From NCBI GenBank assembly GCA_030390025.1, contig CM059432.1, forward strand, positions 128,466,001-128,530,000: a DNA stretch of 64,000 nt, read 5' to 3'. The notes beneath the pieces were generated by a model, which was given only the letters and a program-made list of their open reading frames with translations, was not told the origin of the DNA and did not search any database. The translations under genes and the position numbers were made by a program. Of this stretch, positions 40,967 to 52,906 are shown piece by piece. Every line of letters starts with the position of its first letter. Positions within the stretch are counted from its first letter, which is position 1. Origin of the DNA: Squalus acanthias. Its lineage: Eukaryota.

Positions 40967-41270
40967 GGGGGTAGAGTTTCCGCTTTGGGTGCAATCGATG
41001 ATCCGGACGCAAATTGCGCCCAAAATTGTGCTTATTTTGAGAAGTGGTTTTTTCCCCCCTCAAGTTTCCGCTCAAACTCATTTGCATATCGCCGAACATA
41101 AAATCTGCATGAACCAGCGCAATCAGGCAGCGTTTTTAAACGGAATTTTTGAAAAATCTTTTTTTACTTTAAAGAATATTCCGATATATTTAAGATCTAC
41201 TGAGTAAATGTTCACAGACCACATTGTATTTAAATAAAGTATTACTGTTTTGATAATGTTACTTCTAAAA
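40967..41270. mobile_element. One end of a probable Harbinger-like MITE
   Basis: Abrupt GGGGGTAGAGTTTCC start after TA, followed by CpG-rich sequence. No second TIR found. Confidence 0.4.
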
Positions 41271-41508
41271 TCTGAAATCTTGATGTGATCTAATTTTCTT
41301 GCAGATTGCATTGCTAATGCATGTTAAGCAGGGTCCTGTAGATGGATGTGTACAGCAGTGGTATAGCTTGTCTGTATCCTGCCATGTGAACAGACCTCCT
41401 TTATGATTAGCACAAATGCTCTTGATTGTTTTGTATGTGGTCACATGGTGGCGCTAAATCTCAGTTTACTTTACTGTGTTGCCATTGTTCAGTGTGCAAT
41501 TTAAAAAA

Positions 41509-41932
41509 ATTCATTCATGGGATGTGGACATCGCCAGCAAGGCCAGCATTTATTGCCCATCCCTAATTGCGCTTTAGAAGGTGGTGGTGAGCTGCCTTCT
41601 TGAATACAACTGAGTGGCTTGCTAAGCCATTTCAGAGGGCAGTGAAGAGTCAACCACATTGCTGTGGGTCTGGAGTCACATATAGGCCAGACCAGGTAAG
41701 GACGGCAGATTTCCTTCCCTAAAGGACATTAGTGAACCAGATGGGTTTTTACGACAATCCGATAGTTTCATGGTCACCATTACTGATGCTAGCTTTTTAT
41801 TCCCGATTTATTTAATTAATTGAATTTAAATTCCCCAGATGCCATGGTGGGATTTGAACGCCTGTCACCGGATCTTTAGTCGAGGTATTTGGGTTACTAA
41901 TCCAGTAACATAACCACTATGTTACCGTACCC
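41509..41932 (-). mobile_element. tRNA-derived SINE whose 3' tail is shared with the CR1-group LINE of copies 1 and 2
   Basis: Minus-strand head with A box TAACATAGTGG and B box GTTCAAATCC. The last ~95 nt match 22847-22940. Confidence 0.85.
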
Positions 41933-43784
41933 CATAATCTGATCATTTTTTTTGTTCATGCTTAAATAATGTGTCTTCCATTAGGATAAGATTTTGGTTG
42001 CTTGTTCCATCCTAACTGTTTAAGATGTACTTAAAACTAATTTCAAATTAATTACCAAACTGTGTAAAAGTTCTTGGATCAAAATTGATCAGATTTCAGG
42101 AAAGCATAGTGTTGTGTGTTAATACACTGCAGCAGTCTGGGAGATCCATGGTCAAATTCAGTTTGATTTCATAATCAAACAAGAGCTTCCCCTGAAGGTA
42201 GAGTTGCTGATCTTAGCTGGATTGTCAACAGTTATGAACAGTGCTGATGTTTTAGATGGGTGGAGATTGCAGGTCGAACCTGCACTGTGACAGCACCTCC
42301 TAGTGGCCAATCAAGATCTGCAATAATGGCCGAAGCAGGTTGCACCATTATTCGTCAGGAAAAGCGCCTAACTACATGAATCATTTTTTTGCGAAACTTA
42401 GGGTAACAGATCAACACCGATAGTGAAAGACACTACTAAGATTGAAAAGAGTAAGTGAAATAACTGGGAAAATTAGGTAGTAGTGATTAGGTGATATCCA
42501 GCTTGAGTTTTAAAAGCCTGTATACTGTAGGAGGGAACTGAAGAGTTCTATTGTTTTGAAGTCCTGGAAAAGAATGAAATAGAGTAGGAAATGGTTTTGG
42601 TAAGTCTCTGTTTCAACAGTGAGGATACAGAGAGGACAATTTGGAATGTAGGAGAACAAGGCAAATTCAAAGCGGTAATGACCATAATATTGATTTTTTT
42701 TAAAACTAAGGTTGTAAAAGAGGTAGGATGGGGAGATTACAGAAATTGAGATGGCTAATTTGTATTCCATTTGAACTAGATTTGGAACAATGCACAGTTG
42801 TACTGAGAATTCTTCACACATGTCATTTTTTGGGTATATTCTAACTCTCTTGCGTGCTTGTCCCATCTTGTGCCTCTAGTCTAATTTGATGCTTTCTTAA
42901 GCCTAGCCTTTTCCTTCCAACTTGTTTTTTTTTCTTGCCCTGGCGTGTTGTTTCTTGTAGTTGTAATCTTCTTTTCCCAATTCTGGCAGTTTGAATTTTT
43001 CACTCTGAGATGTTGAACCTCAGAAGTTTTCTGCTTTCTTGTATCTTTGCTTCCTCCCAATTTTCATTTGTTTCATGGCTTTTTTTCCATCCTCTTTACT
43101 TTCAGTACCACTTCTCACTGTTGGGACTGAACATTCTGTTGTATGGATTGGGATCACATAGTTTGGTTGAAGTACCACCCTCTTTGTATTTCAAATATAT
43201 AAAACACCCACTTCAAATCATAAAAAGATCCTTTCTACTGTTGTAGGCAAAATGGTGAGGCAAATCTGTTGAGATTGTGTTGGCACAACTGGTTAAAACT
43301 CAATTTGAAGCCATAGTCGGAAGGCAATGCTGAATTGAGCTGAATATTTACTTGAAAGGACAGTTCCAGAATACAGTTACAGTGGCAATCAAGTATTTGT
43401 TTAAAAAACAGAATTTTTACTTCAAATCTTTCAGTAGTCACGTACGACGCTCCAACAATTGCAGTTTTTTAATCTCTCTAAACAAAATTGTGGTCCTTTC
43501 CTAGCTTATTTTGGTTTCGTGCTGTCAGTTGTTCCCTTAAGTGGTCTGAGCATCTTACTTTTATGGGAGTTGACTCATTTAGCTTTGTTTCTACTTGTAT
43601 GATAGCATGATCCAAGGATGTCGCCATAGCATCCCCTTATGATCTGGATCAGATACTCATTGTTTGCACATGTATATCAGATACTCGTATTGTTTGCACG
43701 TGTATATCTTCAATCTCTTCTAAAGTGCACTGAGTTAACAATAGGTGAAGTGAGGCTTGGTTTGAATCATTTTTTTTTTAAAAA

Positions 43785-44110
43785 AGGAAAGCAAGAACTT
43801 GCATTTATATAGCACCTTTCACAACCTGAGGATATTCTAAAGTGCTTTGCAGCCAATTAAATATTTTTGATGTGTAGACACTGTTTTAATGTAAAGAAAC
43901 GTGGCAGCCAATTTGTGCACAACAAGGTTCCATAAATGGTAATGAATTAAATGACTTGTTTTAAGTTATGTTGGCTGAGGTACACTTATTGGCCAGGACA
44001 CCAGGAGAACTCTCCTGCTCCTCTTTGAATAATGCCATGGGATTTTCTACGTCAACCTGAGAGGGCTGACTGGGTCTCGGTTTAACATCTCATCCAAAAT
44101 ACTTCTGACC
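43785..44110 (-). mobile_element. Degraded DeuSINE-like SINE
   Basis: Matches 39951-40275 with substitutions. Confidence 0.75.
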
Positions 44111-45545
44111 GTGCTTTAAGCTGCTTTATTCCACAGTAAAGTGAATTTGAAGAGCAGTAGTTATGATTAGGTTCAATTGGTTCAATCGGTACAGTTACAC
44201 AAAATAAAGAACACGCCATGCTTTCCATTTTCAGTGGGCTATATTATTTAACCAATAGGTCTCCTAACCTGCAGCATACATAACCTTTTACCTCCACGCA
44301 GGCCCTCAGTTTCCCCCTAATGAACCAAACTGTCTTACCCCAAAAGCCTGTCTCTCTCTGCCTTCTTTGTAAAAGCCCGACTCCAGTGTCCGCTATCATG
44401 AAGCCCTTGAGGTTTTATTTCTCTACATTGGTGTAATTGGATTTGCCATCTCTTGCTTTCTGGGCCTGGAAACTGGGTCAAGTTTAAAACACTATCTCTG
44501 CACGGTTTGTCATTCCCATAATTTCATTATGTTCCAGGTGAGTTTCACAGTTGCCTTTCATACAGCACTGGAAAATTTAGTGGAAAGGTAGAATTCGGTC
44601 ATGCATGTGATCACAGGATGCTCAGGTTATCGTTTGGTGGTCTACTGGGACCATTGGTCCAAGCCTCTTAAAGAGTACATAATGCAAAATTATTGTAGCT
44701 GCTGCATATCAGTAATATTTCTTTAATTTATTTCACACAAAGCTGAATAGTTAAAAAGATAGTAGAAATAGTTAATCTGTACTTGCTTCATTATACAAAT
44801 AATTGCAGAATACAAGTTTGATATATATATCTCAAAATGCTGTGTGCAGTAGCCCAAAAGCTACAAAATTCTAAGCGTCCAGCACTCAACAAGGTGTTAT
44901 AGCTATTTGCATGCTGACATCTGTGTTTGAGCAATCTTTGGCAGGTGGGGCGGGGGAAGAATTGGCTTGGTATAGGTTGCTGGCCAAGTCACAAGAATTA
45001 CATTGTTGGCATGTTTGGAGATTCCCATTGATTGGCTGAGGTGTCCTGCACTTGTGATGTAGGGTAGGATGGATGAGGGAAATATTTGCAAAATTCAAGT
45101 TTACAAATAACAGCTATAGTGAAGTTTCATCTCACATCAAGGAATCATAGTAGTGGAATCCATTGAATTGGATTATGAATTAAATATCTTGTTTAGAAAA
45201 TATAAAAAGAATTTGGTATATAAAGAACATAAAAATTTAGGAACAGGAAAAGGCGTTACACCCTTTTACTTTTGGATAGGTTCCAATCCCACTTACTCAC
45301 CTTCTCGACATGTCCCTCAATGCCTTCTGTTTCTACAGAAACACATCTAGTTGCTTCTTGAATCCAATTATATGGTCACTTCAATAGACTTACCAAGAAT
45401 TCCATATGTCAATTTCCCTTTGTGCTTTTTAAAAAGTTCCACGTGAGTTTCTTACTTATTCCAAACTTCTAGAATTTTTAACTAGTATCTGTGATGTGTG
45501 AATCCTTTGGCATAGTGAGCAATTTGCCTGGATCAAATTGTCAAT

Positions 45546-46260
45546 GGGCCAAAAATTGCGGTCGGAGGCGTACCTCCGGAGTACGCCTCCAACCCACGAA
45601 AGAATTACACACCTACCTGACGGCGGTTAGGCTGCAAAATCTTGCGGTCTGATGCTGCGAGGCGGAGGGCACCATAATGGCCCACGGGTCCCAGGGACGC
45701 AGGCGGTGCGCAAGCGAACCTGGGATCACGTGGGTCTGGTCCTCCAATCACAAAACCGAATTCGATTTTAATCATTTGTGAAGGGAATCCCGTAATTAAA
45801 TTTAGTGGACTCCCGAAATCTGATCTAATTACAATTTACAGAATTGAATTTAATTCGTAATTAGCTTCATTCCACCAACCTCACTAAAAATTTAATCTTT
45901 TGATAATTTTCGACATCATTAAAACTCTAATCTGGCCAATATTTGCAGAAACTCATTTGATAGAGTGTATGTGTATAATTTCCGATATGAAAATGTTTCA
46001 ATCGTGCCTGCGGTATCCCCTTACGCTGATGCAAACAGGCCCTGCGTCTGTTTGCATCAACCGTAACATTTCCGTGCGCAATTGCTGGCCAGTCGGTGGG
46101 CAAATAGCCCCACTCTGCGCGAGCAACTGCTTCCTTGACAGGCCATGCAAATGGCCTGTCAACACGTACATTGACAGACAGCAAGTTCCGGATTTCGCGC
46201 ATGCGTATTAATTTACTTAGCACCTCCTTCCCCCTCTGCACCTAATTCCCATTTTCAACC
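45546..46260. mobile_element. Harbinger-like MITE related to 31867-32522, right end unclear, inside an old CR1 3' remnant
   Basis: GGGCCAAAAATTGCGGTCGGAGGCGTAC...GAGTACGCCTCCAACC aligns with the reverse complement of 32470-32522. Confidence 0.6.
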
Positions 46261-47554
46261 AATTCCCGTTTTGGGAGTCCTCATTCAGTTCCCAGATTAC
46301 TCCGTTACCAGCTTGCTCTTCTGTGCTCTCTGTTCGGTTATGCTCTCGCAAGTACACTGTATCTTGCTTCTGACACCAACAACAGAGTATATATCCTATT
46401 CTGGAAATTAACTCAAATTATACCGCTTTGTGGTGGTAATGCATCTGAACTGTCACCAGTAGCTTAATAATGTGAATAATAGGCTGTCTTCTGATGGTTT
46501 TAAGAAACACTGGAAAAATTACTATGACATACTTCTTTGCATTTTGAAAATTAAACTGCATTTATCATGGTAACATTGGTAATAATGACTGAAAATGATA
46601 CATAGAGGCATTTATTGAAAGCTTTTACTACGTATAGTGCTGGGAATGTTTTTAACTGTTTTCCATCTGCATTGTGCTGTACAAGATAGTTTTTTGTGGT
46701 GAAGGAAGTAGTTGGGTGGAGGAATAAGTTCTCTGATGTTGGAGTTCTGGATCTTTCTATAAAGATGTTTCTTTAAACATAGTCCCTATAGCTGTTTACT
46801 ATTGTTGCTTTTTTCATAAAAGACGGCCAGTAATATAAAGTGGGCTTTCCTAATGAGTCAGTGAGTAAGTGCACCACCTGGGATGGGTACCGAGTCTTAT
46901 GGGCCAACAAGGTTCCAGTTTCAATCCTTGCTCTGTGCAAAGTTGACTTGATTGGACCCAGCTAGGGTGGGGAGAAAAAAAATCACCCATCATTTCCACT
47001 CCTAAAAGTTTGTTTGACTGCAAGTCTGGATGTTTGATAAAAATGGAAGGGGGCTTGCTTGACTGTGATTCTTCCTGTAGTCAAATTTCCTATGATAGGT
47101 TACTACCAAGACTCTCTCAAAATGGCAACTTGAGCAAGGTTTCATGGTGAGAGAGGTCCACTGGTAACATACCTCAACATGAATTGCTGCCTTCAGGATA
47201 GAAGGAAAGAGGAAAAATTGAAAGAGATGAGATAAGGGAAGCTGTTAATCGTTTATCCAAAACAACTTGGCTTAAGGAAGGGACTTAATCATGTGAGGTC
47301 ATAGCTTAATTATTTGAATTATGTATGAAGATTTTTTTTTTCTTCCGCCCCCCCCCAATTTTCCCTAATTTTTTTCTCCTTCATTACCTTAGATGGCAAT
47401 TCATGCTGGGGGCAGCCTTCTGGTACCTTGCTGAAGTGGGCAAGTAGTGACTGGATGCAGTTGGCATTATTTGCAACCCAAACATAACTGTACCCTTCCC
47501 TCTTGGTAAGAAAATTACAAAATATTACACTACAGGTATATAATCTATCTTTTG

Positions 47555-48698
47555 AAATAACAACAGAAAGTGCTAGAAACACTGAGCAGGTCAGGCAGCA
47601 TCGAAGAGAGGAGAAACAGAGTCAACGTTTTGGGTCGAACCCTTCGTCAGAACTGGAAAAGGTTAGGGAGGAGAGATTTTTAAGTGGGCAGGGAGGAGGG
47701 GAGGAAAGAACAAAGGGAAGTTCTGTGATGGGATGGAAGGCAGGCAGGAGAGATTGAATGATAAAAGGGATGATAGTGCAAGGCAAAAAGTAATGGGACA
47801 AGTTAAGAAACAAAAGATGGCTCTAGACGCTGTGTGGATGATGATGGCAGCAACATTAACAGCTACCATGTGAGGAAACGAGAGAAAAAAGAAACTACAG
47901 GGGCCAATTTATAGTCTGAAATTGTTGAACTCGATGTTGAGTCCAGAAGGCTGTAAAGTGCCTAATAGAAAGATGAGGTGTTGTTCCTCGAGCTTATGTT
48001 GAGCTTCGTTGGAACAGTGTAAGAGGCCGAGGACAGAGAGATCAGAGTGGGAGTGGAGGGGAGAATTAAAGTGACAGGCGACCGGAAGCTCGGGGTCACG
48101 CTTGCGGACTGAATGGACTGAAGCGTGACCCCGAGCTTCTGGTCGCCTGTCACTTTAATTCTCCCCTCCACTCCCACTCTGATCTCTCTGTCCTCAGCCT
48201 CTTACATTGTTCCAATGAAGCTCACTGTAAGCTCGAGGAACAGCACCTCATCTTTTTATTAGGCACTTTACAGCCTTCTGGACTCAACATCGAGTTCAAC
48301 CATTTCAGACTATAAATTGGCCCCTGTACTTTTTTCTCTTGTTTCCTCACATGGTAGCTGTTAATGTTGCTGCCATCATCATCCACACATCATCTAGAGC
48401 CATCTTTTGTTTCTTAACTTGTCCCATTACCCCTTTTGCCATACACTATCATCCCTTTTGTCATTCAATCTCTCCTGTCTTCCATCCCATCATAGACCTT
48501 CCCTTTGTTCTTTCCTCCCCTCCTCCCTGCCCCTGCTTAAAAATCTCTCCTCCCTAACCTTTTCCAGTTCTGACGAAGGGTTCGACCTGAAACATTGACT
48601 CTGTTTCTCCTCTCTTCGATTCTGCCTGACCTGCTGAGTGTTTTCAGTACTTTCTATTGTTATTTCAGATTTCCAGCATCTGCAGTATTTTGCTATTG
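47555..48698. mobile_element. Penelope-like element as a 1.1-kb palindrome (GIY-YIG C-terminus plus pseudo-LTR, in both orientations)
   Basis: Arms about 47553-48103 and 48121-48667, 17-nt spacer. 48121-48315 reads KRDPELLVACHFNSPLHSHSDLSVLSLLHCSNEAHCKLEEQHLIFLLGTLQPSGLNIEFNHFRL*. TSD TAATCTATCTTTTG (47541-47554, 48699-48712). Confidence 0.92.
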
Positions 48699-48978
48699 TA
48701 ATCTATCTTTTGTACCATTCAAGCCTTTTTGAGGTATTGTTCTGAATTTTAATTGGCAAGTTTTTTTTGCATCACTTTGAATTAGTTGCAATTATACCAC
48801 AAACCGTGAAATTAAAGCGGCATGAGACTATTTCCTTGAAATGGTCTCGCGCTGCTTGCCTAAATTTGATTGTCAACTTTACACCAAATAACACTGCACA
48901 GTTTATATCAATATAAAACCAAAATCTCTTTTGCATTGATGCAAGGTATGTTGTATAACTGTCTTCCTTCTTGCGCTG

Positions 48979-49074
48979 TCTGTGTGTGTGTCTCTCTCTC
49001 TCTCTCTCCTCTCTCACTTTCTCCCTCACACGCTTTCTCTCTCGCGTGCGCGTGCTTTCTGTCTCGCGCTCGCT

Positions 49075-49111
<37 letters not shown>
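48979..49111 (+). repeat. Compound (GT)n/(CT)n microsatellite
   Basis: Direct reading of the sequence. Confidence 0.95.
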
Positions 49112-49115
<4 letters not shown>

Positions 49116-52100
49116 GTGCGCATTTTTATTCTCCCTTTCTCTCTCCACATCAGATATGTCTCTGTAGCTGCCACGAGGACTTGGATTAAGCAGTTGGTTG
49201 CAATTAATCCTGTACGTGACATTGAACTTGGTTATCTACAATAAGGTGGCTTGTCACAAAACACTCCTATGTAGGTCCGTCTACCATAGCTATTAAATGT
49301 TTCATATGAAACAGTCTATGAGAACGTGCACTTGCTTATCAAGGGTTCAATCTCCATCTTGATGCTGCTGAAGTTCTGTATTTTCAACCAGTGGGACCGC
49401 TATTCATTGTGATATAATGAATCCATGCTGTGGTCAGGAGGAAGCTGACAATGCAGTCATACTTTTATGGTAAGCTATGCTGCTCCTGGAGTTCCTAGCA
49501 CCTGCTGTCAGTAGCTCTAGATAACCAATAAATATTCTAACGGGCATTAGATTTAATGGTTATCTAGAGCAGAGGATAGGGTGATCCTGGATGGACAAGC
49601 ATTGGAAAATGTACTAGTTCTCTGTCCTGGTAAGTCGCATGGTTTTAGCTGGTTAAATGCCAGTAGTATCCCAACACACATTTGGGGTTTCTAAACTTTG
49701 ACCCTTGCCAATCTGCACCCAAGGTTTTTGGACTTGCATAATCAGCAAACACACATTGCTGATGAGCATTAGGTACAAATGTTTGTACTTATAAGTAGTT
49801 GATTTTGTCCCAATCTTTGCAACATGACGGTGACAGTTACTGTCTAAAGTGACTGCAGAATAATTGAGATAGAAATCCTGTTGCCAATCAGTTTGTGATT
49901 ATTGTCATTTTGTTGGGTTAGCAAATAAATGACAGAAACTAGCATCCATTGAGCAATTTCAGGAAAGGTCTTGAGCTTTGATTGCAACTAAGTTTCAAGA
50001 AAACTAAAGATAGTGAATAATTTAAATCTGTACCTTTTCATACTTCAGAGACCTCCTCCAATTATACATCTTTTCAAATTGTGTGTTTTGAGATGATGCT
50101 ATCTTCAATATCAATAGAAATGCTAACAGGGAAGATATGTTTTATTATATTCACTGGCTAAACCTTCATCTATTTATGGTGGATGCCTATTTCTCAATAA
50201 AAATTTAATGATTTGAGATAATCTGGGGGATGGTGGTATAACTGTTTATTGATTTGTGTCTTGATTATGTACATCTTTGAAATGATCAGATACTTATTTG
50301 AGAGTTCAACACACTGCAGTGTGTTAAGCCGGAAAATTTAAATCTCCTGCAGGGGTTATTTGGAAACAATTCAAAAGAGCTGATCTTTTACTGCTCTTGG
50401 TGAAGTGTGTATGCAGGTCCTGTAAACAAATTGCCAAACACTCCTGAATCTTCACTGAACATTTATAAAACTTCATAGAAGTTCTGCTATTTTTTGTAGA
50501 TTTTTCTTGCAATTAGGTTAACTTTAAATCACTGTATAGCTGTAACAATACATGGCAAGACAATTTTAAGAACAGGTTTTCACTCTTTGTGCAAAAATAG
50601 GATATTATTGAAGGCAACTAGCCACTGTTTTTAAATTCTTAACGTTTGTGCTTTGAACTGTGTGTGCTTTATAGGCACTTGTTCTTCGATCATTATGGGA
50701 TATTGGGCCAATTGTTAAAATTCAAGTGAATACAATGTTTTTTTAAATCCTTAAATGCACACTTGGTGTGGTAGCGCACCACATAGACCAGAATAGTCCT
50801 AGGTACGGTCCCTGGGAAGTAATATCAACCTGGCAGTGATAGGAAGCTACACTTGGCCTCGGTGTCCCTGGGCTAGTGAGTGATAAAAGTCAACGTTCAC
50901 TGTTCTGGCTCACGTGAATAAGGGCCGTTCATGCCTGGTCTGTGGAATTATATCCCAGCATGAATCACTCCCTTCAGGAGAGGAGAGAAAGGAGAAAAAA
51001 AGGGGGAAATAAAATCCCTGGTATGTTTTGTAATGTTTAAGCATTTAAAAACTATTTGATTTGTTTCATACGGTCAGTATTTGCAAAGTATATGAGTGGT
51101 TCATTTAAAACATTTAAAATGACCAAAGGTATAAATTTGAACAATTTTAAAAAAATTCAGAGCAGGGTTTTTAGGTGGGATGTGGGAAACCATTCTAGGT
51201 CCTGGCAATCCTGTTTCTTCAAAGTCAGAGCTGTATACAGACTGGTTGCATTGTAAATTGGCTTTGGGAAGTTGTTCTTTGTGGGTATGTGTTCAGTTTG
51301 TGTGTTTTTTTTATTCAATAGTTATCTTTCTATTTTCAGCACTAACTGTATTAAAATTTATATGTTGAAGAAAGTAACTTTCACATTTTTAAGTGGTGCA
51401 CATTTGTACAGATTAATAATTTTATTCGTGTATATTTGGTCCACTTTTTTTTTAAAGTATGGCATGTCAGGCTTAAATGGGGAAAAATGTTAGTCCTAAA
51501 CTAAAAGGATGAAGAGGTGACCTATTCCATGACCTCTGCTAAAGCTGCTTTTAAATAGAATACTAAAGGATGTGCAAGAATAGTTAAATGTTCTCAGGTT
51601 TGTGTATTTATTCCTTCCCTTTGTGGGTGAGCTAAAGCATTGCCCTGAAGGCATGGCTGGCATTGAGAAGTTGCCAAGTGGCAAATAGTAAGCAAAAAAA
51701 CCTGCATCTTAACACTCTGGCACATTACGTTAGAAGATCAACTATGCAATGTGTCACATTTTATGTGCCTTTAAAAACTCAATTTGGTTAAGATGCTGCC
51801 AACATATTCATTGCTCATATTCAGTTAAGAAGAAAACAATCCTGAATTTGAATGGTTGGAGAGAATTTGTGTTAGCTGCTATAATAAAAATGACATTCCC
51901 TCAACAGCTGTTTTCTATATAATTAAACTGTCTAAACCCCTTTTTTCTGATCCGGTGAGTGAACTTGTGCTGTGCTGTTGTATATCAACTGAAGTCAACT
52001 TCTGTATTGACAGTTTGTATGAAGGAACTTCAGAGAAAGATGTTTTTCATCTCTCCAGTGTGGCTCAACAGCAACATTTTAAGAAGAACAACGGTCATAC

Positions 52101-52262
52101 TGAGACTTTGTTTCTAGGAATTGTGCCTCAGCCGCAGAAAATCTCTGCCAAACCACACACTATGGGTAGAACCCCAAAGAAGCTGGCTTTAACTGAACCC
52201 AGGGCCCTACTGAGAATTGTTGGAACTAAATGATTTACCATTTTATTTTTAGGTTTGCTGAC

Positions 52263-52335
52263 ATGGGTAATCTGATTAAGGTGCTAACCAGGGACATAGA
52301 CCACAATGCTTCACATTTTTTCTTGGATTTTGAAA
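52263..52335 (+). CDS. CYRIB: CYRI-B (FAM49B) alternative first coding exon A, encoding MGNLIKVLTRDIDHNASHFFLDFE plus 1 nt (exon 52253-52335)
   Basis: Acceptor ttttatttttAG ends at 52252, then 10 nt UTR and ATG at 52263. 24 codons match the FAM49/CYRI N-terminal pattern MGNLxKVLT...FFLDFE. Phase-1 donor GAAA|GTAAGT at 52336. Confidence 0.88.
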
Positions 52336-52906
52336 GTAAGTTTGATCCTTCACAGCTGGTGTATACAAAATATGTTCTGTCTCACCAGAGTGAAGGCCAG
52401 TGCAGGTATTAGAAACGCACGCAACAGCAGGATAATATCACTTAACAATGGTTGCATGACCTCTCCATTGTGGCTGCAAACTCATCCCATGATTTAATTG
52501 TTTTCTTAAAAAAACTTTTATTATTTGTTTTTATTTAAAAAGCTTTTTAATTTCCATTCACTGATTTCAGGTCCTTTTGTCAGGGTGGCTGTTATGCCTG
52601 CAAACAGTTTTAACTACTTTGTGTCTCCGAGAAAGGGGATAAACGTTAGTGACATCTGGCACATGTCACCGCTTACAGTGTAACCAAGAAAACCACGCAG
52701 CATTTCTAGTTTAAACAGTTGGCACAGCTGGTAAAATGCTTTACCTGTAGTTGGTTTAAACCATGTGAGCTGACAGTGGATTTCTATCACATGCCTTGTA
52801 GTCTTTTAAAGGCTTTTTTTTCATTGCTCCTCACTTTTGGGCTGTTCTACTGTAAGGGGAAAAAAAACTTTTTTTTCTTCCTTCTTGTCTTGGCAGGTAC
52901 CTTAAC

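Noticed and set aside
42510..43500. Possible very old L1/Tx1-like remnant on the minus strand
   Set aside because: Strand-biased composition is suggestive, but I could not read convincing ORF1 or endonuclease motifs.
48772..49244. ER-repeat and SL-repeat ORFs
   Set aside because: These are translations of the (CT)n microsatellite.
52230..52412. ORF-track 60-aa ORF as a single-exon small protein
   Set aside because: Only 52263-52335 is CYRI-like. The flanks are intron read-through across canonical splice sites.
52251..52902. AG|GT at the start of both exons as recursive splice sites
   Set aside because: The regenerated donors (GTTTGC, GTACCT) are poor matches to GTRAG, and G/GT after an acceptor is common.
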